Origin: Minisyncoccota bacterium
Lineage (GTDB): Bacteria > Patescibacteriota > Minisyncoccia > Phycocordibacterales > UBA918
Assembly: GCA_021734905.1 (NCBI GenBank)
Contig: JAIPIB010000002.1
Location: 111,386-175,385 of the forward strand
Direction: 5' to 3'
DNA: 64,000 bases
Shown: positions 47,691 through 58,147 of the stretch, piece after piece
How positions within the stretch are numbered: the stretch's first letter is position 1
How the letters are laid out: each line of letters begins with the position of its first letter
Made by a program: the position numbers and the translations under genes
Notes under the pieces: generated by a model
What the model was told of the DNA's origin: nothing
The model's database searches: none
What the model saw: only the letters and a program-made list of their open reading frames with translations

Positions 47691-49103
47691 ATGAATAATT
47701 CTTATCGACCACGTCGTGATGCGACTTTTGTTCGTACATCGCGACCGTCCAAGCCTTTTAATAATGCACATAGTTCTGGTTCTTCATCACGATCAAGTGG
47801 CCATACAGGCCCACGTGATTCTGGCACAAGAACTCGAAGTACTTCAGATCGTCGTCACTCAGACGGCGGTTCGTTTTCACGTGGCGGAGGTCATTCTCGT
47901 GATGGACAATCAAGCGCACGCCCAGGAGCGCGACGTGTTTTTACACACCAAAGACCGCAACGAAGTAGCGGAGGAGGTAGAGGTGGGCGTGTTCAAAAGA
48001 CATTTGATGTCTCTCAATTTATAAATCGAAATCCTGCACCAGTTACTGAAACTGAAGTCTTTGTACCAAAGCATTCGTTTACTGAGTTTGGTCTTGATAA
48101 AAAACTAGCGTTCACTATTACTTCTTCAGGACTTATTAATCCTACACCAATTCAAGATGAGATTATTCCTCACATTCTTGACGGTAAGGATGTTATTGGT
48201 CTTGCCAATACAGGTACTGGAAAAACGGCGGCATTTCTCATACCACTTATCGATAAAACACTTCGTGAGTACTCGAGACAAACACTTATTCTCACTCCAA
48301 CTCGAGAACTTGCAATTCAAATTGAAGTTGAGCTCAATAAAATTTCTAAAGGCTTTAAACTGTATTCAACAACGTGTGTTGGTGGAACAAATATCCGCCC
48401 TCAAATTTATGGCCTCAAACGAAAGAACCATTTCATCATAGGAACTCCAGGGCGTGTTATGGACTTAATTGACCGTGGAGCTCTTCGCCCAGCAGGAATT
48501 ACGACTGTTGTGCTCGATGAGGCGGACAGAATGCTCGATATGGGATTTATCCACGACATGAGAAAAATACTTTCCGGTATCCGTCAGGACCGTGAGACAC
48601 TCTTTTTCTCAGCTACAATGTCTGAAGACATCAAGAAACTTGTTAATGACTTTCTTAATGACCCTGTTGTTGTTTCTGTCAAAAAGCAAGATATTACTGC
48701 AAGTATCCTTCAAGATGTACTTCATTACGGGCACAGTAATAAATTTGAAACGCTCACTACCCTGCTCGGAAATCCTGAGATGAAGAGAGTTCTCATCTTT
48801 GGTGCAATGAAACACAGCGTTGAAAAACTTTCACAACAGCTTGTTGCACACGGGATTACTGCAGACTCGATACATGGCAACAAGTCTCACCCCCAAAGAC
48901 AACGATCACTTAAAAAGTTCAAAGATGGTAATGCACGAGTACTCGTCGCAACTGACGTTGCAGCACGAGGTATACACGTTGATAATGTTACTCACGTAAT
49001 TAATTACGATCTTCCAGCGACATACGAAGATTATATTCACCGTATTGGACGCACAGGACGTGGTAAAGAAAAAGGAAAAGCAATCACCTTTGTCCAGTCA
49101 TAA
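47691..49103 (+). CDS. DEAD-box ATP-dependent RNA helicase with ~110-aa N-terminal Arg/Ser/Gly-rich low-complexity extension
   Basis: motifs Q, I (NTGTGKTAAF), Ia (PTRELA), II (DEAD), III (SAT), VI (HRIGRTGR). Confidence 0.85.
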   Translation: MNNSYRPRRDATFVRTSRPSKPFNNAHSSGSSSRSSGHTGPRDSGTRTRSTSDRRHSDGGSFSRGGGHSRDGQSSARPGARRVFTHQRPQRSSGGGRGGRVQKTFDVSQFINRNPAPVTETEVFVPKHSFTEFGLDKKLAFTITSSGLINPTPIQDEIIPHILDGKDVIGLANTGTGKTAAFLIPLIDKTLREYSRQTLILTPTRELAIQIEVELNKISKGFKLYSTTCVGGTNIRPQIYGLKRKNHFIIGTPGRVMDLIDRGALRPAGITTVVLDEADRMLDMGFIHDMRKILSGIRQDRETLFFSATMSEDIKKLVNDFLNDPVVVSVKKQDITASILQDVLHYGHSNKFETLTTLLGNPEMKRVLIFGAMKHSVEKLSQQLVAHGITADSIHGNKSHPQRQRSLKKFKDGNARVLVATDVAARGIHVDNVTHVINYDLPATYEDYIHRIGRTGRGKEKGKAITFVQS

Positions 49104-49110
49104 AGACACT

Positions 49111-49142
49111 AAAAAAGGCCACACATCCGTGTGGCCTTTTTT
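49111..49142 (+). terminator. intrinsic terminator (GGCCACAC-atcc-GTGTGGCC + T6)
   Basis: read directly. Confidence 0.75.
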
Positions 49143-49183
49143 AGTGTATAAGTAAGAATAAGCATAGACTCTTTGCTATACTG

Positions 49184-49687
49184 ATGCACATGGAACAGTT
49201 TGATTCAAACGATGTAACTTCTCCCAAAAGCGTCTCTTTCTTATTTCACCTCAGTATGTGGTGGAGAATTTTCTATGGATTTATTCGCATAGTTCTTGGG
49301 TTTATTCTCCTCAACCACATCGGTTCATCATTTACTGATATTTTGACATCTGTCATGGCACATGAAATTGTCCAAGATCCTGCGGATGTTTTATTTCTAT
49401 TTATTTATCAGCTTATTGAAAACCATTCATTTACCGTTACTTACTTTGTTTCCTGTTACCTACTTTTTTGGGGATCTATTGATATTTTTCTCTCATCACT
49501 TCTCTTAAAACACAAACTTTGGGCGTTCCCTGTAAGTATGGTACTGATAGCTCTTTTTATCGTGTACGGAATTTTCAGACTTACTCATACTCACTCTCTC
49601 GTACTTCTTAGTGTAATTATTGCTGACATAATTATTCTTTATCTTATCCATAAAGAACACTACAACCTCAAGAAATCGATCACCTAA
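49184..49687 (+). CDS. hypothetical polytopic membrane protein
   Basis: ORF track; 4 hydrophobic helices. Confidence 0.45.
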   Translation: MHMEQFDSNDVTSPKSVSFLFHLSMWWRIFYGFIRIVLGFILLNHIGSSFTDILTSVMAHEIVQDPADVLFLFIYQLIENHSFTVTYFVSCYLLFWGSIDIFLSSLLLKHKLWAFPVSMVLIALFIVYGIFRLTHTHSLVLLSVIIADIIILYLIHKEHYNLKKSIT

Positions 49688-50873
49688 GATACTTCCACAC
49701 TTTCTGATCCTCCTGCCCATCAATCTTAAAAAGCGCAATACCGCGAAGGTTAAATTCTTTTGCGAGATCAATTTTTTGTTTCATTGCTTCAGCATCTGAA
49801 TACGTTGCCATATTAAAAGTAATTGTCTCGCCACTTTTATTTGCATAAGCAAGAGCTCTGGCAGCAATAATATTGCCTTTTGGCGTGTCTTTTGGAATCT
49901 TGAAAGAGCTTGGCAGTTTTAACAAAGATGATTTAGGGATATAAGTAAAACTCATTTCTCCCGCTCTATTACGAGATGGTTTCACCTTATATTCTTTTGC
50001 AATATCAAGAATTCCGGGGACGTTCAATGCCCCAATTCTCCTGTAGTTTTTATACCAATCAGGTGCGACAGTGACAATGTAATGATGTCCATACGTAGGG
50101 ACCCCAAGAAGAATTTTTTCTTTCGGTATATCTTTGAGTGCCAGCTCGACTACTTTCCGAACCCAATCAACATCAGATAATGGCATGTATGGCTGCCCTG
50201 CTTTCTCAGCATTGAGTTTAATGTCAGCTCGCCGTTGGTCGTAGGTCATAAGCTCAACTCGGTCGCAATACTTTGCAATTTCCTTGTAGTCGTTTGCGTA
50301 TTCAATAACTTCTGGAATCTCTCGATAAAGTGACTCAGGAGGAGTTCGTGCTTCTACCGTACATGTTAGTAATTTTTTACCAAGCTCGCCTTTCAATTCT
50401 TTTAGAAAGAGTGAGAAATAATTAATGGTCTCAGCTTTTTTTGATTCATAATCGATATCAACGCCATTATACTTTCCTTTCTTAACCATAGCTACAATTT
50501 CTGATATGTGTGCAGCGCGCAAAACATCATCACTCAAAACAGTATGAATACTTACTCCATCGCTCCACATTACCGTTGGAACTATTTCAACTTTTTTTCT
50601 CTGTGCAGATTTTATAAAATTTTTCCATTCTTTGTCTGAAAGTCCTGCCTGATCGCGGAGCTGACCTTTAGTTGTGACCGTATATGCAAACGGAAAAACC
50701 CTATCCAAATCTCGCAAGTGTTCCTTTGCATCTTTTATACCTTCGCTGTCACGCCAATACGGAATCCATCCAGAAACTTCCAGTGATCTCTCAGTAGCTG
50801 AAACCCCTGACGGAGTCATAATAGATATGGCTACAAAAAGCGCCACAATGTAGTGTATTTTAAAATGTTTCAT
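49680..50873 (-). CDS. secreted glycoside hydrolase family 18 protein (chitinase/peptidoglycan-hydrolase-like)
   Basis: signal peptide; catalytic DxxDxDxE motif YNGVDIDYE. Confidence 0.7.
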   Translation of the reverse strand: MKHFKIHYIVALFVAISIMTPSGVSATERSLEVSGWIPYWRDSEGIKDAKEHLRDLDRVFPFAYTVTTKGQLRDQAGLSDKEWKNFIKSAQRKKVEIVPTVMWSDGVSIHTVLSDDVLRAAHISEIVAMVKKGKYNGVDIDYESKKAETINYFSLFLKELKGELGKKLLTCTVEARTPPESLYREIPEVIEYANDYKEIAKYCDRVELMTYDQRRADIKLNAEKAGQPYMPLSDVDWVRKVVELALKDIPKEKILLGVPTYGHHYIVTVAPDWYKNYRRIGALNVPGILDIAKEYKVKPSRNRAGEMSFTYIPKSSLLKLPSSFKIPKDTPKGNIIAARALAYANKSGETITFNMATYSDAEAMKQKIDLAKEFNLRGIALFKIDGQEDQKVWKYLR

Positions 50874-50997
50874 ATTCGTCATCGTATCTGTATGGAGACG
50901 ATAATTCACACTAAACCTTACAAAATAAGCCGAAAATTAACTGTTTATAAACCATAGACACTACGAATTTTCTGTTATATACTACCAGTCTCAAGGA

Positions 50998-51348
50998 TTG
51001 GGCCTTGGGATGTTCTTAACTTATGTTATGGGGGATTCACAGATGACGAAAAAGCAGGTAGCCGGGCATAATGAGAAGCTTGCTGAAATCAAGCTCACAA
51101 TATCAAAATGGCTGGCGGACAAGAAGGAACTTGGGCATGCGGTTTGTTTCGCAGAATCAGGCTTCCAAATTGTCTTTGGTTGCAAAAAGTCAAAACCGAG
51201 ACATGTAAAACGTGTCCTTACCGACGTGGAAAAAAAAGAAATCCAGAGGTTTGTCAAAATGCTCTGCGATATGTTCACGTTGGTAGTCGACGAAGTCAAG
51301 AAGTTTACCAACGACTTCCGAATGAGATTCGTGTTGGTCGAAGCGTAA
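50998..51348 (+). CDS. hypothetical protein
   Basis: ORF track; followed by terminator 51371-51401. Confidence 0.35.
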   Translation: MGLGMFLTYVMGDSQMTKKQVAGHNEKLAEIKLTISKWLADKKELGHAVCFAESGFQIVFGCKKSKPRHVKRVLTDVEKKEIQRFVKMLCDMFTLVVDEVKKFTNDFRMRFVLVEA

Positions 51349-51370
51349 CGAGACCAACCCCAACAGACAC

Positions 51371-51401
51371 GGCGACCTTCCCCAAGGTCGCCTTTCTTAT
51401 T
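51371..51401 (+). terminator. intrinsic terminator (GGCGACC-loop-GGTCGCC + TTTCTTATT)
   Basis: read directly. Confidence 0.6.
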
Positions 51402-51430
51402 ATCTACCCCTGAACTATTTTTTAATGCAA

Positions 51431-53395
51431 CTATGAAAGCTCCTTATGTCTTTGCATATACCTATCGAGCGTAATGACAAACTCAGCATGGCTCCAGACG
51501 AGAGGCGACGTTGAAAGATGTTCACCAGTATGAGGATTAATTTGTTCTGGAAGAATTCCACTCTGTGATGCTCTGTCGCGTACCCATAAAAGAATTCCAT
51601 ATGGTTTTTCAAGATCTTTCCGTGAACGTGCAGCTTTAATATAATACTGGGCAATCCAGAGTGTTGTGATACACCAAGCATTTGGCGGTGCTTCGAGCGA
51701 TGTCCTGTAGTAGTTATCCCCCTCGTATCGCATAAATCCACCATACGAAGTTGGTACCTTGAGCTTTTCTTCGATTACATTAAGAGAATTGGCCACACGA
51801 ATATCTTGGACGTCAAGAACGCCAAAATTTATGATTCCATGGAGACTACTGATATCAATGGTTGTGTCGCGAACAATCTTTCCATTATCTTGTCTCACTA
51901 GTTTAATAAAACATTTTTGTTCAACATCATATAAATACGTAAGTATTGCATGTTTTATCTTTTCTGCAGCTGTACGATACTTTTCAGCATTACTCCGTTT
52001 TCCCAGAAGTGTCGAGATTTGAGCTGCACTGTTGAGTGCTCCATATATTACTGAAGCTGAATATGTGGACGAGCCAAACTTCTCTTCCCAGAGGTCATAT
52101 GAGCTTGCAGGAAGCCCTGTCTCACGATCAATATACGAACACATAAAATCAGAAGCTGGTTCGATAAAAGGATCATACAATGACTCTATAAACTCCAAGT
52201 CTTTTACCTGTTCATAGTGTTTTAAAAGCATATACACAGGCAGAGCTGTTTCATCCTCTTGGATTGGTAGCTCATACATCCCGTCGCGAACCCATGGGTG
52301 CCACGAACTTCCGAGAACTCCATCGACTCTATATTTATGCATAAGGTATCCATCGCCTTCGAGAAGTTTTGCTATGAAAGCGTAAAAGCTCTTTGCTGTA
52401 TCGAAATAGCCAGCACGATCAAGTGCATGTGCACTAATAGCTGCGTCTCGTGGCCATACGTAACTATAGGTATCTCGCCCCTGATTAAGAACATCGGAAT
52501 CTGAAGAGGCAATAATTCCTCCTCGATTATCTGCATGCATACGAATAACCAGAAGTGCGCGATAGTATAAAAATTTAAGAGCCGGCTCAACACTTGAAAA
52601 ATCTTTGGACTCTTTATGTGTCCATGCGTGCCAATAATTTCGAGCAGACACCATGAGTCGTTCCGGAGTTTCACTCAGTACAGTGTGATGAAGGGACTGT
52701 GCCTCAGCTATTGTTCTTCCTGCAGTAATCCAATAATAAACTGGCACGGACGCACCTCCATCAATCGCATGAGTAATACCTATAACTGAATCGACCGAAC
52801 CGTGTTCAATTGGGTTCATTGAAAGTTCACCGTCCTCTGCATCAGTATAGGTTCCCTCCTTTCCTTCAATACCAAAAAGCCCAATACTATAACGTTCAAA
52901 AGATTTGTCGTTGCAGAGTGCATGAACAAGAAATGCCTCATGTCCCTTGTAGTGTATTACCGAGCCAACTCGTGGATCGTAAAACGCAGTGTCGCCACGA
53001 CGTGATTCAGAAATACGAAATTCTTGCCCAAAAAATATTTTAACTGTTCGTGTCTCATTTCTTTCACTTGTAACAAGTATCTTTCGTAAAAAAAGATCCC
53101 GTTCATTGTGAACAATGCTAGTTATATTGAGTGAAATTCCAAGCTCATTGTTTCGCGCTGTTATAACATCAAGAATACTATCTTGATCTGGTGTTGTCGT
53201 TACTTCCCACGAATCATGAGAAAGCCACCTCAATGTTCCATCAATCCAAATACCAATTCGATGAACATATGATCCACTGGCACCACTAACATGATTTGAG
53301 TGTCCAGCATACGGAAAATAAAAATCACGCACCTGACCACGAGAGTCAATGCCTACTAACAGGTTTCCATTTCCAACAGTAATAGCGCGTGACAT
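51431..53395 (-). CDS. glycoside hydrolase family 15 protein (glucoamylase/glucodextranase/trehalase-like)
   Basis: 654 aa; N-terminal beta-sandwich + (alpha/alpha)6 barrel pattern typical of bacterial/archaeal GH15. Confidence 0.7.
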   Translation of the reverse strand: MSRAITVGNGNLLVGIDSRGQVRDFYFPYAGHSNHVSGASGSYVHRIGIWIDGTLRWLSHDSWEVTTTPDQDSILDVITARNNELGISLNITSIVHNERDLFLRKILVTSERNETRTVKIFFGQEFRISESRRGDTAFYDPRVGSVIHYKGHEAFLVHALCNDKSFERYSIGLFGIEGKEGTYTDAEDGELSMNPIEHGSVDSVIGITHAIDGGASVPVYYWITAGRTIAEAQSLHHTVLSETPERLMVSARNYWHAWTHKESKDFSSVEPALKFLYYRALLVIRMHADNRGGIIASSDSDVLNQGRDTYSYVWPRDAAISAHALDRAGYFDTAKSFYAFIAKLLEGDGYLMHKYRVDGVLGSSWHPWVRDGMYELPIQEDETALPVYMLLKHYEQVKDLEFIESLYDPFIEPASDFMCSYIDRETGLPASSYDLWEEKFGSSTYSASVIYGALNSAAQISTLLGKRSNAEKYRTAAEKIKHAILTYLYDVEQKCFIKLVRQDNGKIVRDTTIDISSLHGIINFGVLDVQDIRVANSLNVIEEKLKVPTSYGGFMRYEGDNYYRTSLEAPPNAWCITTLWIAQYYIKAARSRKDLEKPYGILLWVRDRASQSGILPEQINPHTGEHLSTSPLVWSHAEFVITLDRYMQRHKELS

Positions 53396-53399
53396 ACGA

Positions 53400-53768
53400 C
53401 TAAATATCGTAAATCTTGAGTCGAGTTACGACAACGGTTCGAGCTGCACTTTGTTTCTTTACTTTTCTAAGACTTGCAGCGAGCTCAGTATCACCAAGGA
53501 CAAATTCAACCCAGTCAGCAAAATCATTTTTTTCGGACGTTACATGATTTCCAAAAACTGCCTCATCCATCGTGTCAAAAAGACTTTTAAGTTCAACAAG
53601 GTTCGAGACAATTGTGCCATCAGTTGTCCAAAAACATTGCTCACCTCCAGCACAAACGAGAACACGTTTTGCTTTTTTGAGGTTTCTTTTTGTTGCTGCT
53701 TTCTGTACTACCGCCTTTTTTGCTACTGTTCCACTTTTTCCCTTCACTGCTTTTTTAATTGTTGTCAT
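53400..53768 (-). CDS. hypothetical protein with Lys/Ala-rich histone-H1-like N-terminal tail
   Basis: AVKGKSGTVAKKAVVQKAATKRNLKKAKR; embedded in glycogen gene cluster. Confidence 0.45.
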   Translation of the reverse strand: MTTIKKAVKGKSGTVAKKAVVQKAATKRNLKKAKRVLVCAGGEQCFWTTDGTIVSNLVELKSLFDTMDEAVFGNHVTSEKNDFADWVEFVLGDTELAASLRKVKKQSAARTVVVTRLKIYDI

Positions 53769-53785
53769 AAGAACATAATGAACTG

Positions 53786-55108
53786 TTAAGACGGTTGGGC
53801 ACCCAGCCGTCGTTTAATAAATGGTAACCGGCCAAGCAGTCGCATAATCCATGCAACAAATCTTACCCAAAGACCTTTTGGTTTTGGTGGCTTGAATACC
53901 TCCTCCTCTCGCAACATTTCCGTCACCCTTAATTGTAAATCACTCATGGCATTCATGAAAGCGATATACGCATCATATGGGGATTCGTACGGACTAAAGT
54001 ACGCATGAACATCACCATCATTAGACCACTTAGTACACATGTAGTAGAAATGGTCAGACGTTTGAAGCCTTCTCCAGATTTCAATGAGATCTGAGTTTTT
54101 TGTTTTCATGACTTCATCCTCCATTCGATAGATGGATGCTATTGCATCTTTTTGAATATCGTTCCCTGTCCATGCAGTAAGATCACGGTCTGTATCAGCC
54201 CATGTAAGTATATGTGGGACATCTATTTCTCCTACTGATGGATATGAAAGAATAGTTTCAGTTGGTGTTTTAAAACTGGTATCACCATGTTGTAGTAATG
54301 CTGACGGAAGAGCTCGGAGAAAGTCAAAAATACCCGTATCTTCCCATTGGTGCTCACCAAAGGTTTCAAAGTCCATAAAAAGATTAATCGTGTGCCCGTC
54401 GCCATGGTGTGCATGTATCCATTTTGCGTAAGTCGACACGTCAAGTGGCCAACTTCCCCACCCTTGGTTACCAAATCGAAACGCAATATCATCAGAAAGT
54501 TTGTAATTCTTTAAAAGCACCTTGATGCGCGAACATCCTTTTGGTTGGTATACATAGTTGGGACTCCTCCATCCAAGAACGGGGTCCCACCCCTCAGCCA
54601 TAATCCCGAGGTAGCCATTTTCCTCGCACCAGACAGCCAGATCGTTCGTATATGAAAGCTCTGTATTTCGAAATACCTTCGGTTTTACACCAAACAAATC
54701 AAAGATCTTCTTTTGATGGTGCGCCACTTGTCGCTCAAATTCTGGACGTGAATAAAAGAATGCGAGTGAATGGTAATAGGTGTCTGCAAGAATTTCTACA
54801 CGTCCTGTTGCAACGAGTTTTTGAAAAGCCACGAGCACTTCAGGTGCATATAATTCAAATTGATCAAGTACAGTTCCGGAAAAAGAAAGTGAGAATCGAA
54901 ATTCAGGATGCTGGTTCAACAATTCATACAATATTGCTGTCGTAGGAAGGTATGACTTTTCAGCAACCTTCCGAAGTATTTTTCCATTATTGAGATCAGT
55001 ATCATCGCTCGCATTAAAATATTCATTATCGTGACCTATATCAAAAATACTATATCGCTTAATGCGGTGTGGCTGGTGAACGTGAAAATATGGGCATACA
55101 GTAAGCAT
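53786..55108 (-). CDS. glycoside hydrolase family 57 protein (alpha-amylase/branching-enzyme type)
   Basis: N-terminal CPYFHVHQP motif (GH57 HQP signature). Confidence 0.7.
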   Translation of the reverse strand: MLTVCPYFHVHQPHRIKRYSIFDIGHDNEYFNASDDTDLNNGKILRKVAEKSYLPTTAILYELLNQHPEFRFSLSFSGTVLDQFELYAPEVLVAFQKLVATGRVEILADTYYHSLAFFYSRPEFERQVAHHQKKIFDLFGVKPKVFRNTELSYTNDLAVWCEENGYLGIMAEGWDPVLGWRSPNYVYQPKGCSRIKVLLKNYKLSDDIAFRFGNQGWGSWPLDVSTYAKWIHAHHGDGHTINLFMDFETFGEHQWEDTGIFDFLRALPSALLQHGDTSFKTPTETILSYPSVGEIDVPHILTWADTDRDLTAWTGNDIQKDAIASIYRMEDEVMKTKNSDLIEIWRRLQTSDHFYYMCTKWSNDGDVHAYFSPYESPYDAYIAFMNAMSDLQLRVTEMLREEEVFKPPKPKGLWVRFVAWIMRLLGRLPFIKRRLGAQPS

Positions 55109-55118
55109 ATGTAATATG

Positions 55119-56345
55119 TTATATCTCTCGCCTGAACAAAGCTAGTAATTTATAATACAGATCTATGACCTTTCGTGCCGCGCGATTCCAGGTGAGTTTC
55201 AAAACCTCTTTCTGCCCCTCCTGAACTAGTTGCTTATTCATCGTCTCGTATCGCAAAACGGCAATAATTTTGTTTGCCATTTCATCAATATCCCAGAAAT
55301 CTACTTTGAGCACATGCGTAAGGACCTCGGCAACACCTGACTGCTTTGAGATCAAAGCTGGAGTCCCTTGCTGAATAGCTTCAAGTGGAACGAGTCCGAA
55401 AGGTTCAGAAACTGACGGCATAACCAAAAGATCTGCACTCTGATACATTCGATCGCGCTCATCTTCCCATAAAGCACCTGCAAAAATTACATTTTTTGAC
55501 AATCCTAGAGCACCCACGAGATGCATTATTTCATGTTCCATATCACCCCACCCTGAAATAACAAATATGATGTTTGGATCATGGTCAACAACTTTTCGTG
55601 CTGCACGGATAAAATAATCAACACCTTTCTGGATTGTAATGCGACCATGATAAAAAACAATTTTTTTTCCCTGAGCCTTCAATTCTGCAAGAGCTGGAGC
55701 AAATAATTTGACTTCTTGTGGTTTAATCCCATTATGGACGACTTCTATCTTTTCTGGATTGATATTATATCGATTCACAATAATGTTTCGAGTGTAGTTG
55801 CTTATGGCAACGATAGAATCTGCGTCATTAAAAGCCCTCCTTTCTATCTCATACACATAAGGGTCTACAAATTCACTCGCAGCTTGATCAAATGACGTCG
55901 CATGAACATGGAGAACAAGGGGTTTTCCACTTGCAAGCTTTGCCTTCTGGCCTGCTAAGTACGATGTCCAGTCGTGTGCATGAATGAGATCAAAATTCTC
56001 AGTTTGAGCAATTGCATACGCAGCGTCAGCATATCGACACACCTCCTCAAGAATCGTTCGTGAAAAACGAACCCGTGTACCATCTGCCAGAAACATCTCA
56101 ATAAATGAGTGTGCGCTCTGATATGGAACAAGTACCGAATCAACACGATAAACAGAACGAGGTGCATTGTGTGCGAAATCAGCAAAAAGAAATTGATTGT
56201 TACCTATCGTGGTCTGCTTCCTTGGGAGCACAAAAATAACCTCAATGCCTTCGCTGTTGAGTTCTTCAGTTAGACCATGGCACGCTACACCAAGCCCTCC
56301 GTTTCTCATTGGTGGATAATCCCACCCAAATGTCAAAATTCGCAT
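55119..56345 (-). CDS. glycogen/starch synthase-like glycosyltransferase (GT4/GT5, GlgA-like)
   Basis: N-terminal MRILTFGWDYPPMRNGGLGVA (cf. KTGGLADV of GlgA); GT-B fold C-terminal E...E motif region. Confidence 0.7.
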   Translation of the reverse strand: MRILTFGWDYPPMRNGGLGVACHGLTEELNSEGIEVIFVLPRKQTTIGNNQFLFADFAHNAPRSVYRVDSVLVPYQSAHSFIEMFLADGTRVRFSRTILEEVCRYADAAYAIAQTENFDLIHAHDWTSYLAGQKAKLASGKPLVLHVHATSFDQAASEFVDPYVYEIERRAFNDADSIVAISNYTRNIIVNRYNINPEKIEVVHNGIKPQEVKLFAPALAELKAQGKKIVFYHGRITIQKGVDYFIRAARKVVDHDPNIIFVISGWGDMEHEIMHLVGALGLSKNVIFAGALWEDERDRMYQSADLLVMPSVSEPFGLVPLEAIQQGTPALISKQSGVAEVLTHVLKVDFWDIDEMANKIIAVLRYETMNKQLVQEGQKEVLKLTWNRAARKVIDLYYKLLALFRREI

Positions 56346-56514
56346 GTACGACAAAGCTGTACTTCTTGAATCAAACTGCGACGACAGATGACACTACAGT
56401 ATCAGTACAGACTACACCATATTAACACGAGCATTACATTTTTTTCATGAGTAAAAATGCGTCTGAGGTGCATAAGTCACACTGTTTTTCAAAAAATGGT
56501 ATAACGGTAAGATT

Positions 56515-57348
56515 ATGATATTTTTCCCGAAAAAAAAACAATACCGACCCTATGTAACAATAGAAAAACTGGTCGGTGAGACGCCACTTATCTCTTTGGA
56601 AAAACTTCGGAAAAACCTCTCTATTCCCTCAAACGTTCCACTTGCGTATGCTGGAAGACTCGACCCTATGGCATCTGGAAAACTTCTCATTCTTATGGGA
56701 GATGAGTGTAAAGTTCAAGAAAAATATCACTCATTCGATAAGGAATACCAGGTTGAAATTCTACTTGGAACTTCGTCTGATACTGGAGACGTTCTCGGAC
56801 TTCTTTCTTCTTGTGAACAAAAATTTGTGCGTGAGAAAGATGTCTGCGAAATACTAGACTCCACCACAGGAACCATCGACCTTCCCTACCCTCACTTTTC
56901 ATCAAAGACGGTGCGAGGAAAACCACTTCATACATGGACACTTGAAGGAAGGCTGAGTGAGATTGAGATTCCCATTAAAACCTCAATGCTACACAAACTT
57001 ACTTTGGATGGAATACGTAAAATATCCAAAGAAGAAATTTTGGAGACGGTACGAAAAAAGATAGAGACTATCCCTGCAGTGACAGATGAACGAAAAGCAC
57101 TTGGGGCTGACTTCAGGCGTGATGCTGTTCGAAAGTCGTGGGACACATTTGCATCGCGAAACGAGCTTTCATTTCAAATACTTTCTTTCACGTGCATAGC
57201 CTCATCAGGTACATATATGAGGTCGCTTGCTGGACTTATTGCAAAAGAACTAGGAACGTGTGGTTTGGCTTACTCTATTCATCGCACAAAAATTGGATCC
57301 TATATCCCTATATTTAAAGACATAGGTTTTTGGTTAAGGACTTTTTGA
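56515..57348 (+). CDS. truB: tRNA pseudouridine(55) synthase TruB-like
   Basis: AYAGRLDPMASGKLLILMGDECK catalytic Asp motif region (cf. GHTGTLDPLATGVL). Confidence 0.7.
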   Translation: MIFFPKKKQYRPYVTIEKLVGETPLISLEKLRKNLSIPSNVPLAYAGRLDPMASGKLLILMGDECKVQEKYHSFDKEYQVEILLGTSSDTGDVLGLLSSCEQKFVREKDVCEILDSTTGTIDLPYPHFSSKTVRGKPLHTWTLEGRLSEIEIPIKTSMLHKLTLDGIRKISKEEILETVRKKIETIPAVTDERKALGADFRRDAVRKSWDTFASRNELSFQILSFTCIASSGTYMRSLAGLIAKELGTCGLAYSIHRTKIGSYIPIFKDIGFWLRTF

Positions 57349-57398
57349 GATACACGGAGTGGTTGAGTTTTTTCTTTAATAACTATAATATTACTCAA

Positions 57399-58100
57399 AT
57401 GAAAAAAATCACTATTATTTTTATTATTCTAGTCATTCTTGGAATCTGTTCATATTTCACTCACCAATACTATCTTGGAGTCATTGGTGGAATACCAGAA
57501 CTTCCAGTTATTACACCCGCTGCTCCATCAGCTAGTCCTGAATGGATAAAAAATATGAAGAATACTTTTCATCTAGAAATATTAAGTGTCTCAATGCCCA
57601 CCATTTCATTTTCATATGCCAATATGCCACCATCTGGTGTAAATGTTATTCGGGAAGAAACAGGTGAAGTAGTTTGGCGTCAGAAACTTACTGACACTGA
57701 AGGATTATCTGGAAGGACTACTGTCACACTCCCAAATGGAATTGTAAATTCAGCAGAATACGCCGGTCGATACTTTTTGCAAGCTTTCGGATCAAGTAAT
57801 GAAATTTATGCAACGAGCACAGCATTCTATGTTGGCAAAAATACATCAAATTCACAATTGAGTGTACAAGCAAAGGCGGAGCCGAATAATATTCATGAGA
57901 AAGAAATTATTACCATCTCGTGGTCTTCTACTGACGCCATCGGATGCTATCTGGACACAGCACGAGGAAAGGGAGACGACCTTGCTCCATCTGGGTCTGT
58001 TGAAACCCCCATTTATGGCGCGTTCCTCCCATTAAAAATAGTTTGTCATGACGAAAAAGACAATGTAGCTAGTGCTGAAATAGATTTAACAATCAAATGA
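57399..58100 (+). CDS. hypothetical membrane-anchored extracytoplasmic protein
   Basis: ORF track; N-terminal TM helix MKKITIIFIILVILGICS. Confidence 0.4.
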   Translation: MKKITIIFIILVILGICSYFTHQYYLGVIGGIPELPVITPAAPSASPEWIKNMKNTFHLEILSVSMPTISFSYANMPPSGVNVIREETGEVVWRQKLTDTEGLSGRTTVTLPNGIVNSAEYAGRYFLQAFGSSNEIYATSTAFYVGKNTSNSQLSVQAKAEPNNIHEKEIITISWSSTDAIGCYLDTARGKGDDLAPSGSVETPIYGAFLPLKIVCHDEKDNVASAEIDLTIK

Positions 58101-58109
58101 TACTGCGCA

Positions 58110-58138
58110 TTGACGAAAATGGCTATTTTTGGTAATAT
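58110..58138 (+). promoter_or_regulatory. sigma70-like promoter TTGACG-17-TAATAT; ATG of rpmG 9 nt downstream of the -10 hexamer (leaderless transcript)
   Basis: hexamers and spacing counted directly. Confidence 0.55.
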
Positions 58139-58147
58139 CTTCGAGCT

